A stretch of 64,000 nucleotides of DNA from Mytilus edulis (lineage: Eukaryota). Shown here one piece after another: positions 36,811 through 50,700 of this stretch. The notes below the pieces were generated by a model that was not told the DNA's origin, did no database searches, and was given only the letters and a program-made list of their open reading frames with translations. Both the position numbers and the translations under genes were made by a program. The stretch spans positions 83,142,001 through 83,206,000 of the forward strand of contig NC_092348.1 of assembly GCF_963676685.1 (NCBI RefSeq), in the 5' to 3' direction. Positions within the stretch are counted from its first letter, which is position 1, and every line of letters starts with the position of its first letter.

Positions 36811-39758
36811 CTCAAAACTCTACAACAATGGCACTGGCCTTATGTATGTAACCATTTAATTGATGAAAACTGTAAATTTGAAAGTACATTGTTCTTTAAT
36901 CGTGACTCAATTAGTTAATCAAAATGTTTGAAGGTTTTTATCCCCAGGCAAATACATCTCACATGAGAGTGTTTGTCCTACACGGTCTAAAACAATAAAT
37001 GAAAAGTTTGCTAGACACACCTTTTTCCTCTATTTTTCCATTTGTTTTAATTTGTGAATACAAATTTACATTTATAGACAATGACCTCACACTAAGAAAA
37101 AGAGCATCGCTAAACGGAATGTATCTTATATAATCACTGGTTCAGTTTAAACAGATGAGCGACTCAGACAGTCAATAAAAATAGTAATGATCGTACATTG
37201 TTTTTGCTGTTGTGCCATTGACGGACGTTTGCTGTATATAATGTGTTCTGTGCTTACTGTTTCCAAAATTCATTGTCATAAATACATTAAAGCGAACCAA
37301 GAGCCTTTATGTGTGCTACTGAGATAACAGTCATTACATTATGAAGACGAAAGAAACTAATCGTTTGACACAATACACATAAATATTTATAAGAATTAAA
37401 AAAAAATACGTCCTTTAAAAACTGCATTCAAACGGAGTTATATCAAATAATTCTTTTTACAGTTTGCTTTTACTATGCACGTGTAAAAAAGTTAATAATA
37501 CAACAAATAATCAATTGAAATCATGCAACAAGAATAAAAACATTACTCTCCTTAATCTATTCATTCATCAACCTACCATTTACCAAATTAACAATTAAGT
37601 AACTAACCTTTACGCGAGAGTTAAAATGGAATGGGCTATTTAGCATGTTTAGATATATATGGGAACTTATCGTTCTTATGCCGTAGTGTGGTCTTACTTT
37701 ATTTCCTCCGAAATGGCATTTGTCCTTTTTATAAATTAATTGACAACATTGATTTCTTTGCAAACATCTGTTTTTGTTTATCCCGTCTCAATCTCATGAT
37801 TAAAAGGGGGAATCCGAAATAATAAAAGACAAAACATTTATTTCTTCTTCAATATATTTAACTACTAGAGAGTCACGAGGTGTCTGACCTTTTGACTGCC
37901 AACTTACATTTCGATAGTTTATATCTTATCCTGATAAGAAGTTGCGTTACTTTGGGACATTTTATTTGATCAGGTATGTGTACATTTCTCATAGTATGTT
38001 AATATTTAGAAATCTTTATAACGCTTGAATAATTGAAAAATTATGTTTTGTTTTACTGCTGATAAAAATTTAAAACGTTCCAATTTACCAACTTAACAAG
38101 GAAGTGATATTAAAAGGACCTGTCGAGTATCAGATAATATGTCATTAACCTCAACCACCCATCAAACTACAACGCTGCATCCCATAGATCATTAAGAATC
38201 GAACGAGTGTCAAACGATGCATGACCTGTTTACCCTTCTAGACGAAGCGTTCTGGAGCACTTGAGACCATCCCCAGTGTAATTGGGGTTCAAATTGCTGA
38301 GGTATTAGTTATTCTATGTTGTACCTTGTGTACTTTCAATTGTTTGTTGGTCTTTTACCTTTTTAGCCATATGCCATACGTCATTTTTTTTAAATTATCA
38401 GTTAGAATGTTTCTTTGGTATCTTTCTTCTCTCTTTTGAATGTTCTACATGTTATACATCATATACATGTTAAGGCAAAGTTATAAGGGTTTACTATTAT
38501 AAATTGTGATTTGGATGGAGAGTTGTCTCATTGACACTCATACCACATCTTCTTATATCTATATTAGGGCACTTTTTGCTCAATTTAATTAGAGATTACA
38601 AAAAGGGTTATTGATCTATCATTTGAAACCTTTCAGATGTTCATAAGACATTCAGATATCAGTATGTTTAGTTTAAGAAATGTATAGGATATCTGCATGA
38701 GGGCTTCAACTTTCTTGTGTTTTAGTGTAAAACTGAGGAAAAAAAACAAAAGGCCAAGTGTTAATTTTGTCAGTCATATTTCAGTTTTATTCAAGGCTTA
38801 ACTAAAACGATATTATCCGTAACATTTCTTTCTAGCTAACCCCATAGCTAATATCTATTTGGTCCAAAAACAATGAAGTTATTCCTTATTTGGTGTTTTT
38901 TTAACAGCATACCTTAATTTGTAAAGCAGGTTTAAACAATTCACAAAAAACATAAGTTGTCAGTTTAAACTCTACAAGGAACCATATTTTTTGAACTATG
39001 AAAGTAAAATTGTCACTATAGAGCTTGACATCTATTTTGTCATCAGTCTCCCTCTTCCAGTTTTTGATGTGGTTTCAATTATTCATTCCTGGTCTAGTTT
39101 CTGCACTATTGTTTTTTTTGTCGTATTTTGTTTGGTCATTGGGTTCTCGTGATCATCAACTATATGATCGAACTTCTTCTCACTTACCTCAAACATTGAA
39201 AAGAGGCAGATATGGATATGTAATATACAAGTTGCGATTTTGTACAGGTTATAACATGTACAGAAATTCTGTGCATGTTATAATTTGTACAATGCAGAAA
39301 TACAAGTAATAACGTGTACAAAAGTACATCATACATGTTGTAACATGTACAAAAGTACCTCATACATGTTACAAAATATCGCTTAAAAATGGTTTTAACT
39401 TTTACAAAATTTAGAAATACAAATATGTTTCTATTATTACAAAACATGCCATTAACCTCTAAAATACTTTCATCATTTTGTTTTGTTATTGTCCTTTCAT
39501 GTCAGTGTGGTACCTTTTTGATACAGTCATAACCAGATAAATAGCTTTTATAATTACTTAATACTTTAAAGGCTTTTAAAATACACATTATTCGGTATGC
39601 ATCCAATAATATTGATAGTGGAGACCCTTTTACCTAGACAGAACACAATACCGACACTGAAAGTAATACTGACAAAACAATATCTAAAAAATTGGAACTA
39701 AAGTTGGACAAATAATGCGAGAAAGTGATATGAATTTGAGAGAGATAGTGCGTAAGTT

Positions 39759-40209
39759 GGTCCGAGACCACAATTGTCGTCCCTTGATTTTCGTTGTTCA
39801 CGAATATAGTCCCTAGTGTTGACAGTGGGTTACTTGCCATTAATTTGTATACCCCTTCCAAATTAATTTCTCCATGTTTAATGCCTCAAATTGCAAGTAG
39901 GGGGGTGAAATTACACTGTTAAAAAATTTGGGTCCAGAATTTTAAAGGAAAGGAGTGATTTGGTCCAGCTGAAAAAGGTTGAAAATTAGCACTTCGGAAG
40001 CTGTCAAAAGATTTCAAGACGCCCTAAACATAAAATTGTCCATATTTTGAGTTAGAGCCGATGAAGTTTTCTATAATTTTGATATAATTTGTCCCAAAAG
40101 TAGTACAACACACTGTAGAAGTTTCTTTGAGAAAGCGCAGGTGGGATTTTTTTTATTTTCATTTATGTTCTAAAAGAAATGCACTACGAAATAATTGTGT
40201 TCTCGGACC
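39759..40209. mobile_element. MITE, 451 bp, 17-bp TIR, 4-bp TSD AGTT
   Basis: agtt|GGTCCGAGACCACAATT ... AATTGTGTTCTCGGACC|agtt. Confidence 0.85.
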
Positions 40210-40269
40210 AGTTATCATTGAGTGGGCAATGTTTTGTGCATGGTCAGTATAAGAAAGTCAGTAGTAAAT

Positions 40270-40800
40270 ATAAAAAAGAAGAAGTGGTATGATTGCCTAT
40301 GAGACAACTCTTTAAAAGAGATCAAATGACACAAAAAGTAACAACTATAGTTCACCGTATGGCCTTAAACAATCCGCATAGTCAGCTATAAAGGACCAGA
40401 AATGACAAAATTACTGTTTGTAACAGTTCAAACGAAAAAACAAACGGCCTTATTTATCTACAAAAAATGAACAAAAAACAAATATGTAACAAATAGAAAA
40501 CGACAACCACTGATTTACAGCCTTCTGACTTTGGACAGGTACATACATACAGAATGTGACAGGATTAATCATGGTGCTGGGATCACAAACCTATCCTAAC
40601 CTAGGACAACAGTACAACATAAGAGTGAACTATAAAAATCAGTTGAAAAAGGCTTACCTCATCAGAAAGATACAAATGAAAATACATTATAACAAAAACA
40701 CAAAGTGTACGTGGCCGGGCACTTGTATATCCCAACAATAAAAAGACACTAAGTTTTGATCTGAGAGTACTCGCAGTTACTGATAGCTAGTTCAGCTGTA
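40270..40800 (+). repeat. Dispersed repeat family A, long copy (fragments at about 1800-2100, 3090-3360, 3790-3980, 4640-4870, 13435-13550, 19065-19130, 23810-23930, 30165-30680, 32920-33000, 38500-38560, 41300-41470, 56460-56570, 57355-57560, 62060-62235)
   Basis: Core aagaagatgtggtatgattgccaatgagacaactctc...gccttcaacaatgagcaaagcccatac..catagtcagctataaaaggcccc recurs on both strands. Confidence 0.9.
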
Positions 40801-41635
40801 AGTCTAGTAGGAGTTAATGTAGAAGAATGAAAGTTTTGTGCATCTCAAGGTATCACATGTCTTTGTCTTGTAGCAACAAGTAAAGAAACTCTTTTTCTAA
40901 AATGAATGAAAATGTAGCATTTTATTCCGGCTGTAAATAATGCGCATTATTTTGCTTTTGATTATTGTTCTTTACTATTTAATAAATTTCAATCGTGCAT
41001 GAATATTCCGCTTTATTATTATTTTCAAACTTTGTACATGTTAAAACCATTTCTAAGCAATATTTTTGGTACATGTTACAACCTGTACAAAATTGCAACT
41101 TGTACACGACACATATACTACAATCTATGCCTTTGTTTAGTATGGCACGGAATCAGGGTCATAATTATCGCTTTTAGCATAAGCTAAATTCATCTAAATC
41201 AATTTAGCATATGCTGAATTGTTCAGCTTATACAGAAATGTTGGCGCAGAATTAAGATCATAAATATTAAACTTCGCATATATGATCATACATGCCAATA
41301 TAAAAAAGAAGATGCGGTATGATTGCCAGTAAAACAACTTTCCACAAGAGACCAAAATGACACAAACATCAACAACTATAGGTCAACAATGAGCAAAGCC
41401 CATACTGCATAGTCAGCTATAAAAGGCCCCGATATGACAATGTAAAATAATTCAAACGAGAAAACAAGTTAATTTTAGCATATACTTAATTCATTAAGGC
41501 AAATATTTAATGAATTCAGCTTATGCTAAAATGAATTTAGCTAATGCAATTTAAAACGTTTGCTAAATACACGGATGTTAGAAATCCAGAATATGTTTTA
41601 TATGACTGTACAATAAATTGTTTCATGATTTCAGC

Positions 41636-41715
41636 ATGAGGAGTTTCTTCCTGTTGTTGCTGTTGGCAGTTACGTTTACATACGGACTACCATCTAGCAA
41701 GAAAAGATTCGACGG
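41636..41715 (+). CDS. CPB-like exon, signal peptide [17 protein letters not shown]
   Basis: Acceptor tcag|C at 41634 then ATG 41636; GG|gtatgt; implies an upstream non-coding exon. Confidence 0.88.
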
Positions 41716-44700
41716 GTATGTGATTAATATAATGTTATAATGGTTGATTTTAAATGGGTTACCATTTTTTTTTAAAGCATGCACACATTCCTGTCCTAAA
41801 CACATTTAGATGTAAAGAATGTACAGCACATTTTTTGTTTGTTCTCAGGATAACAAATATTCACATAATTCCGTTCTTTATCATGTTTATGTTGTTAAAT
41901 TTTTCAATGAAACAGATAATAGTCTTGAAGATTTATTTTTCAGGAATCAGGTGCTTCGTATTTTACCAAAGAGTTCGGATGAAATTCTGAAAATCGTAGA
42001 CATGGGTAAAAAGTACAATGTTAGTACATATAGTTTGTTATTTTAATATAATTTAACAGTGAAAATATGTAAAGTAACCGATACCGTTATCCTAGAGCAA
42101 ACATATGGAAGTTTTTAACGACCTTTACTGGCTATACAACCCTTGGACTGTCGGTAAATATCCTAGAGCAACAAAAGAAGACACTGATAGAAATAACCAT
42201 CTAATATGTTCTTCCCTATTTTCCAATGGTATTATACAGAAAAATATTAAAATATTTAACGAATAGAAGAGAAAAAAAAATCCAAACGACAACAAATACT
42301 GAATATTGAACTAAGCTGAGGATCATTATGTTCTACCTTAATAAATGTTCTGCGTTCAGAATATTGGGTCAGTCGAAATCGTCCGTCGATGAAAAAGTAG
42401 TAACACCATATCTAAGTGAAAACGCAACGCAGAGGCAATCAGCAACCATAATTTGAACGTCATTTGAACTCAAGTGGATATATGTCTCATTTTATTAAAA
42501 CAAGATTAAGATGAAACAACACAAATCTCAATAAATGCAGGGTGTAAATTCATATGCTCCTTAAAAGTCAGTAGAAAAATGACATTCGCTTTAGATAACA
42601 ATAAGGGTTAATAATACATTGTTTTTGTTGGAATAAATAAAATGTATAGAAAGAGACACGTACTTATATATTAAATTCTTGTAGGTTGATATTTGGAACA
42701 TACCAAAGTCCCTCAACAGTACACTGGATATTCATGTTGACGCACATAATCTCAAGGGATTTGTGGCAGAACTGAAATCACTTGGAACCAATTACATGAC
42801 ATGGATTGAAGACCTACAAAAGTAAGAAAGTAAATTATATTCAATATGTCGTTATAGAACTACAAATTGCAGTCAATATAAACTAAATTTGATCAAGGAA
42901 AGCGTCAACGGACATCTACTAAATGACCCGAGTAACACAGCAAGGGTTAGTTATACTGTCTTCAACAATAGAACTGATGTACACGATATTTATGTCAAGA
43001 ATTAAATCGTTCCCATCAACAGGTTTCAAGGATTTCGATATATCTTTGGTAACCATGGGCCAGTCACATCATATGTGATGCACACGGATTACATTCTACA
43101 TGGTGAATGAATGTTTCAGCGACTACCAAAGATCCGTCTCCAACAACTACATATAACTATGCACAGTTGAATGATTTAAAACTGTTTACAATAATCTAGA
43201 AATTATACAAGCATCTGGGTGGGATATGAATAAAATGAGATATAGGACCGGGACAACTGCATTCCTTTTAATTTAGGGAAGGTAGATTACATATCGTGTA
43301 CGTATTATAACCCTATGATTTATCAACGCCAGAGGTATGGCATTCGCTCTCGGCCTTTTGCCTCGGTGAAAATCATATCTTTGGGTTGATAAATCATAAT
43401 ATGTGTCTTACATCGTAAATACAATCCCCTTCCACTTTATGAATGTGACCTACCGAATTAGACTTTTTACCGGATTTGTTATCTCATAATCACCACGACG
43501 GGTGCCACATGTGGAGCAGAAATCTGCTTACCCTTCCGCAGCACCCGAGATCACCCCTAGTTTTCGGTCGGGTTCGTGTGGTTTATTCTTAAGTTTTTCT
43601 ATGTTGTGTCATGTGTAGTATTGTTTGTCTGTTTGTCCTTTTCATTTTTAGCCATGGCGTTGTCAGTTTATTTTCGATTTATGAGTTTGACTGTCCCTCT
43701 GGTATCTTTCGTCCCTCTTTAGTATCAAACTCATTAAAAGTCAATAATTGTATAATGTCAATGTGACAACTCTCACCAAATACCAAATGACTTAGATGTC
43801 AGCAACTATTGATTATCAATAAAGGCAACAGTAGTATACCGCTGTTCAAAACTCATAATCCATGGACAAATAACAAAATCGGGGTAACAAACTAAAACCG
43901 AGGGAAAAGCATTAAATATAAGAGGAGAACAACGACATAACACTAAAATGTAACACACATAGACAAAATTCCACGAGAATAACAAATATAACATATATAT
44001 ATATATAACATCAAAACCAAATACATGAATTTGGGATAGACAAGTACCGTGACACGTCTTATTGCAATGTGAATTTACACTCAAAAATAAGAGAAAACAA
44101 ACGACACAACGTTATAATGTAATACACACAGAAACGAACTATAATATAACAATGGCCATATTCCTGACTTGGTACAGGGCATTTTTAAAGGAAAAAATGG
44201 TGGGTTGAACCTGGTTTTGTGTCATGCCAAACCTCGCACTTTTATGGCCATGTGAAATATAACATCAAAATGACAACACAGAACTACAATATAAATAAAT
44301 TGGAGAACACAATTGACAAAGAATCACACGAACAACAGCCAACAAAAGGCAACAAGTTCAGAAGTGTATTTTGTCCACACAAGACCTACGTGTGACGCCC
44401 AGATATCAAGCCATCATACATGACAAATAGTAATCAATTCAGACGAAAAACCATTTGCCACATCGGTTTCCTATGCCTTAAAGCATACAGTTTTGGAAAT
44501 AATTGAGAAGAAAACTCTGACATTACATCAAATTTCCATAAAGTGACATCAGTATCAATATGTGCAGAAAAATAAAGGTGCAACAAAAAGCCCTAGACGC
44601 CGAATAATTGACAAAATCAGTAAAATCAAACAGAGTTACAAACAAATAACAATTCACTAAACATTAAGAAATACAAACCCCAAAACTACCGGGGTACTTA

Positions 44701-47700
44701 TGCCATACATTTCAATCACAAACAAAAAACATTTTATTTCCACATCACATAAAAGCAAAAGATTTATTCATTTACCATATACTATGGATTCATTACAATT
44801 CAATGGATACCAATTTTTCGAGGGTTTCAAGGGGAAAGATGAACCCCGAATTCAAACGCTCAACGAATAACACATTTCAAATAGGCTTTGTATACAGAGA
44901 TTGACAAAACCACGAAATAAAATATCCACGAATAGGCAAGTTTTCAGCAATCCACAAAAGTTGATACTCACGTAAATAAATGAATCCACAGTAACTTATG
45001 AAAAGATTTACTCACTCTTACATGTAATACCACATTTGTCGTATTAGAATCAAAATAAACAATTGTTACTGTCATTCCAAAAAATGAACGTTTTAACTCT
45101 TTCAGACTAATAGAAAATGAAAATGTCCATTCTTCACACGTGAAATCCAGAGCAGCGGCTAGCTTTAGTTTGTCACATTATCATTCAAGCTTTCAGGTAA
45201 TTATGTCATATTGTCATTCCAGTTATCATTTAACTATGTCCTAATATCATTCCAGCTATCAGGTAATTATATCTCATTGTCATTCCAGCGTTCAGGTAAT
45301 TATGTCGTATGATCAATCCAGCTTTTTAGTAATTATTATCATTCCAGCTATCAGGGTTCTATGTAATATTATCATTCCAGTTGTCAGTTAATTATAATTC
45401 ATGATCATTCCAGTTTTCAGGTAATTATGTTCCATTATCATTCTAGCTGTAGGTAATAATATTACATTTTCATTCAAGCTATCAGGTAATTAGGTCTTGT
45501 CATCATTCTATCTATCACGTGATTATGTCAAATTATAATTCCAAATATAAGGTAAATATGTCATTTTATCAGTCTAGCTATCAGGTAATTATGTTGTATC
45601 ACATGTATAGTTGTAGCAACCAGGTAATTATGTCATATAACAAGGAGACAGTAATATACCGCTGATTGAAAGTCATAACTCAATTGAGAGAAAACAAAGC
45701 CGGGTCGATATCATCATTCTAGTTATTAATTAATTATGTCAAATTATCGTTACAGCTATAAGGTAAGTCTGTCACATTGTCAGTCTACCAACCAGGTAAC
45801 TATGTCACATTATCATTCTAGCAACCAGGTAACTATGTCACATTATCATTCTAGATATCAGGTTATTATGTCACATTATCATTCTAGCTATCATGTTATT
45901 ATGTCACATAAGCATTCTACGATAAGATATCTCAATTTAAACATTTCCTTTATCGTGTGTCCATTTGGTGCCAATTTCAGGACATTGTGGCGCAGGTTTA
46001 AACGAAATGCGCATCTGGCGTATCAATTTTTAGAACTTAATCTATCATGGTAAAACATAGAACTGAGAATGGAATATATGAGTCCATTTATAGATGATTA
46101 GGTTTCCTGATCTTTATACAACAATATCACCTTTATTCAGGTAACATACAAACATAGTGACGAATAGAGGAACTATATCACGTAAATTACCAAAGTTTTA
46201 AGGATACTGAATATGACATACAGTCAAACACTTTGGTCCTGAATTAGAGATGGTATTTTTAGAAATAAAACTTATATTATTTACTTATTCATTTAAGTAT
46301 AATAGTATAATAGTAAATCTTGTCATTCATTTTTCACCACAGATCTCCAATCATTTAGATGCCGTAGCATTATCATCCAGATACGCAACTGTACATACTG
46401 CTGGTCATAGTGTACAAGGAAGGGCGATCAAATATTTGAAGGCAAGTAAAACGAATAGGTTGTGAAAAAGACCAATGTGAATTAGATGTGTTGTGTCTGT
46501 TGATTTTTTCTAGAGTCATAAATAGTCTATACTTTTATACGTCTTAATGATAATTCCTCGAATATTGTAGTTGTATTGACATCATTTACAAACTTAAAAC
46601 TTAGTGTATATAATCTATTCATTGTGTCTGTCTGATATGGGTAAACTATATGAATCATCAAGAGTAGCAATTATAAATTTGTATATTAAAACATAACAAA
46701 TACGCTGGCTGATAATATTTTGAATTTGTTTAATAGATGCAATGAAAAATTTACAATACAACAGTTTAAATAGTAATTAAAAATGTATGAAAACATAACT
46801 TTAATTAATGATCATTATATCATGTTCGTTTGTATAGGTCAGTTCAGGGGGATCAAAGAAAGCTATAATAATCGACGGAGGTATTCATGCTAGAGAATGG
46901 ATTTCTACTGCTGTTGTAATGTACCTCATTGATCAGGTTTGTTCTCATAACTAATAATGGGTAAATTAAAGAAATTCATAAATACAAATAATCTATACAT
47001 AGTGGTACTACTTGATATTTGGTAACAACTTCTTTTTTTTTTTTTATCTTTGAAAGGAATTTTTAGTCAATAATATAACTGCAAAATATCATAGCGTATT
47101 TAATAGATCCACAGATTATAATAGATTCATAGTTTAAAAAAAAAAAAAAAAAAATCCAACAACAACAAAAAACTCTTTAACGCTTAAAACGTTTTAAACG
47201 CTGGTGATACATCAGAAAATGCCTGTACCAAGTCAAGAATATGACAGTTGTTATGCATTCATTTGATGTGTTTTAGATTTTGCTATTTGATGAGGGATTT
47301 TCTGTTTTGAATTTTCCTCTGAGTTTACGGTAGTATTTTTTGTGATTTTACTTTTCAATGTATGGGGTTTGTACTGACTGTTTTATGATATGAGTCATGA
47401 GTGACGTAATTTAACAATAAATATCAATCTTCTTAACATTTAGCTCGCCATGAATCCTGATAACAACCCCGAGATAACTTCAATGTTACAGAAATTTGAC
47501 TGGTACCTTTTACCAGTGATGAATCCAGATGGATACGAGTACTCGAGAACGAATGTAAGTAAACTTATAAAACGATAAAATATAAAAAGGCAATTCAAGT
47601 ATTTTAATCTGCTCGAACAAAATTTAAATCAATATATATAAATATATATATATATAACATCTTCAGAAAGGTAACTGAACGTATTAAAACAACAGGAACT

Positions 47701-50700
47701 CAATAGAACTAAGGCGGTTCAAGTATCTAAAACTGCTCGAATAAAATGTAAATTAATAAATACTGACTCCAAGTATAAATGTAAGTAAATTTATAAAACG
47801 ACGAGAACTTGTTCATGTTGTTACAACCTATAAGAATTCATGCAATTCAAATAATGAAAAGTGCTCGAACACAATGTGAATAAATAGATAATAGCTTCTA
47901 GACCAAATGTTAGTCAACTATAAAACAACACAAATATTTATGTAGTTTGGCAGAAAGTACATGAACTTCTAAGGCAGGTCAAGTAGTAAAATCAACAGGA
48001 ACAGATGTAAGTCATTTATGCAATCGTGTGCAATCGCGGCTAAATCTATAATTTTGCATACCTTGTAAGAAGTTCAAAAAGGAACAAGCATGTGCTCTCA
48101 TTTTCAATTGATAGTGTGGCGGCTTAGTACCGAAATTTGACAAAATCATGCAAATGGTGATACAAGCAAGGGATTTGACATAGATGTTCATTAGGAAGTA
48201 CTTTATCGTATACGAGGAGTAGCCAACATGTTTTTGATTTTTTTTTCACGGCGGCCATCTTGAAGTTAAAATTGACATCATTTTGCTCAATCGTGGAGAT
48301 TGAAAAACTGTTCTTACCATTTTCAACGCTATATATGTCATGACAACTATTTGAATACAATAAAATGATATGAAAATATGTCAAACAGACAACAATTGTA
48401 AAAAAAAATCACCACTTCCGGTTTGGGTCGAAAAAGTTCGTACACTCGAGTGAAATAATAGTGGTATAGATATACGATCAAAATATCCGTTTGATATATC
48501 GGTAATAATATTAGACATGCTGGAGGAATGATTAGTGTAATAATGTACAATATTTTCCGATGTATTCCGTTTTAACAGATACATGAACATAATTTTGTAC
48601 AGGTCAAGCCAGCTTTGTAACACTTACAATTACCAAAACATGTTTTCTTGCAACCACATTTATGTAACTCCTGGCAAGATGCAGCAATTGCTGCTAATTT
48701 TGTCAAATGAGGAATCCACATTCCATCTGCGTTCTAGATCTCCTAAACCCATCCCCAATCACCAGGACTAGGTAGATGTTGATCATGCGTGACTGCCTGT
48801 CCCCATACATGGCCACCTCGGTATGTAGCTAGTTTGGTACAGCTCTAGTTGGTCGAATGGTGTCATACTGTCTTTGTTTGCGTGCAAATAGTTCAAGTCT
48901 GGATTCGTTGATGTCAAATGTTGTTGTAGTTCTGTCGTACATAACCACAACAAATGCCTCTATCAACTCCATATCAGCCTCACTGACCAATACAGTTTTC
49001 TCACTTTATCGTTCAAAAACCTCGGTTATATCATTAAATATTTCCCACGTCATGCCATCTCAATATGTAATCCACCGAACGTAACAACGAATTCATTTGG
49101 CCATTCCCATTGAATTTGATCTGCCAAAACAAATAGCGGTTGGTCTGCTGTAATCAATGGAGTTTGACCAGCATTAACAAACAACACAACATCCCTGAGC
49201 TTATCCATCGAATGTTTTATGGTAGCAACTGAGTGAGCTTGTTCTTAAAATAATGGCATTAAGCAGCTAAGACTTATTTCAACAGTTGATCCACGTCTCT
49301 CTAAAGAATGAAATGATGACCATGAAATATTTTCGGACGTAATATCTTCACTTGTTAACCTCACCGTATTTAACCACTCAAGCTCATGAATAGATAATTG
49401 TGGTTAAGTATATTAGTAATATCGTCAGGCAGAATGAGAAGTTTTGGTTTTGTTTTAAGATAGGCATGTTCTTACAAAGTTTCATGCTTGTATCACCATT
49501 TGCATGATTTGTGTGGTAAGCTGCTTAACTATGACATCAACACAACTATATCTAAAGCTACAGATACGTTAAAAAAAATAAATGAAAATGAACTTGTTTG
49601 ACACTATCATATTTAAATGTTCACTAAACCATGACAGTATTATCATCTACATAATTTGTTCAAAAACCTCATCAATATCAAGGACAATAAACTCATAATT
49701 GTGAGCAACAGTCGCGGGTCCCGTCTACAGAACACTCACCTGTGACAATCGAATTTAACAAGTCAAACGACCAAATATATAAATACTTGGAAAGTTCACA
49801 TCATAATTTACACATATACCAAGTCTCAAATTGATTAGACTATAAGTTCATAATAACCAGCTTCGTTGGTCAATAAACTTCAACCTGATACGGGATGGAA
49901 GAACAGTTGGTCGATCAAAACAAAATCTCCCTTTACTTTATGTGTATTTCTCTAATGGTTGAAATTGCAAGTTCTTTGTGATAGAAATTATCTTCATTCT
50001 AATGTTTTTTTTATTAATTTCGTCATAAGATACGTGTACAAAATTGTATTTCAGAATAGAATGTGGAGAAAGAATCGAGCAACATCTCATAGTATAACAG
50101 GAACATGTACTGGTGTTGATCTCAATAGAAATTTTGGATTTCACTGGAATCCAGGTATTATAAAAAAAATCTTTATACAAGTTAAATGATGTGATACATT
50201 CGAAGTTTTCAATTTAACAGGCCATCGATGATTTTTTGCATTATTAGGATTCTAGTAAAACTATTTCTATAAAATTATTTGGCACAACTTTTCGGAATTT
50301 TGTATCCTCAATGCTCTTCAACTTTGTGCTTGTTTGGCTTTATAAATATTTTGATATGAGCGTCACTGATGAGTCTTATGTAGACAAAACGCGCGTCTGG
50401 CGTACTAAATTATAATCCTGGTACCTTTGATAACTATTTACACCACTGGGTCGATACCACTGCTGGTGGACGTTTCGTCCCTGAGGTTATCAACAGCCCA
50501 GTAGTGAACACTTCGGTGTTGACATGAATATCATTTATGTGGTCATTTTTTTTTTTTATAAATTTCCTGTGTACAAAACTTTGAATTTTTCGAAAAACTA
50601 AGGATTTTATTATCCCAGGCATAGAATACCTTAGCCGTATTTGGCACAACTTTTCGGAATTTTGGATCCTCAATGCTCCTCAACTTTGTACTTGTTTGGC

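Larger units (their letters stand above)
39217..41116. mobile_element. Composite element bounded by about 100-bp inverted repeats, carrying nested repeats
   Basis: tacaagttgcgattttgtacaggttataacatgtac (about 39225) is inverted at gtacatgttacaacctgtacaaaattgcaacttgta (about 41070-41104); a second block gcttaaaaatggttttaac also pairs. Confidence 0.6.

Noticed and set aside
45171-45920. CRISPR-like array
   Set aside because: Units are contiguous with no unique spacers, the context is eukaryotic and there are no cas genes
45736-46053. 105-aa ORF with [11 protein letters not shown] repeats as a separate His-rich gene
   Set aside because: It is the translation of the 33-bp intronic minisatellite, cut off from the exon by upstream stops
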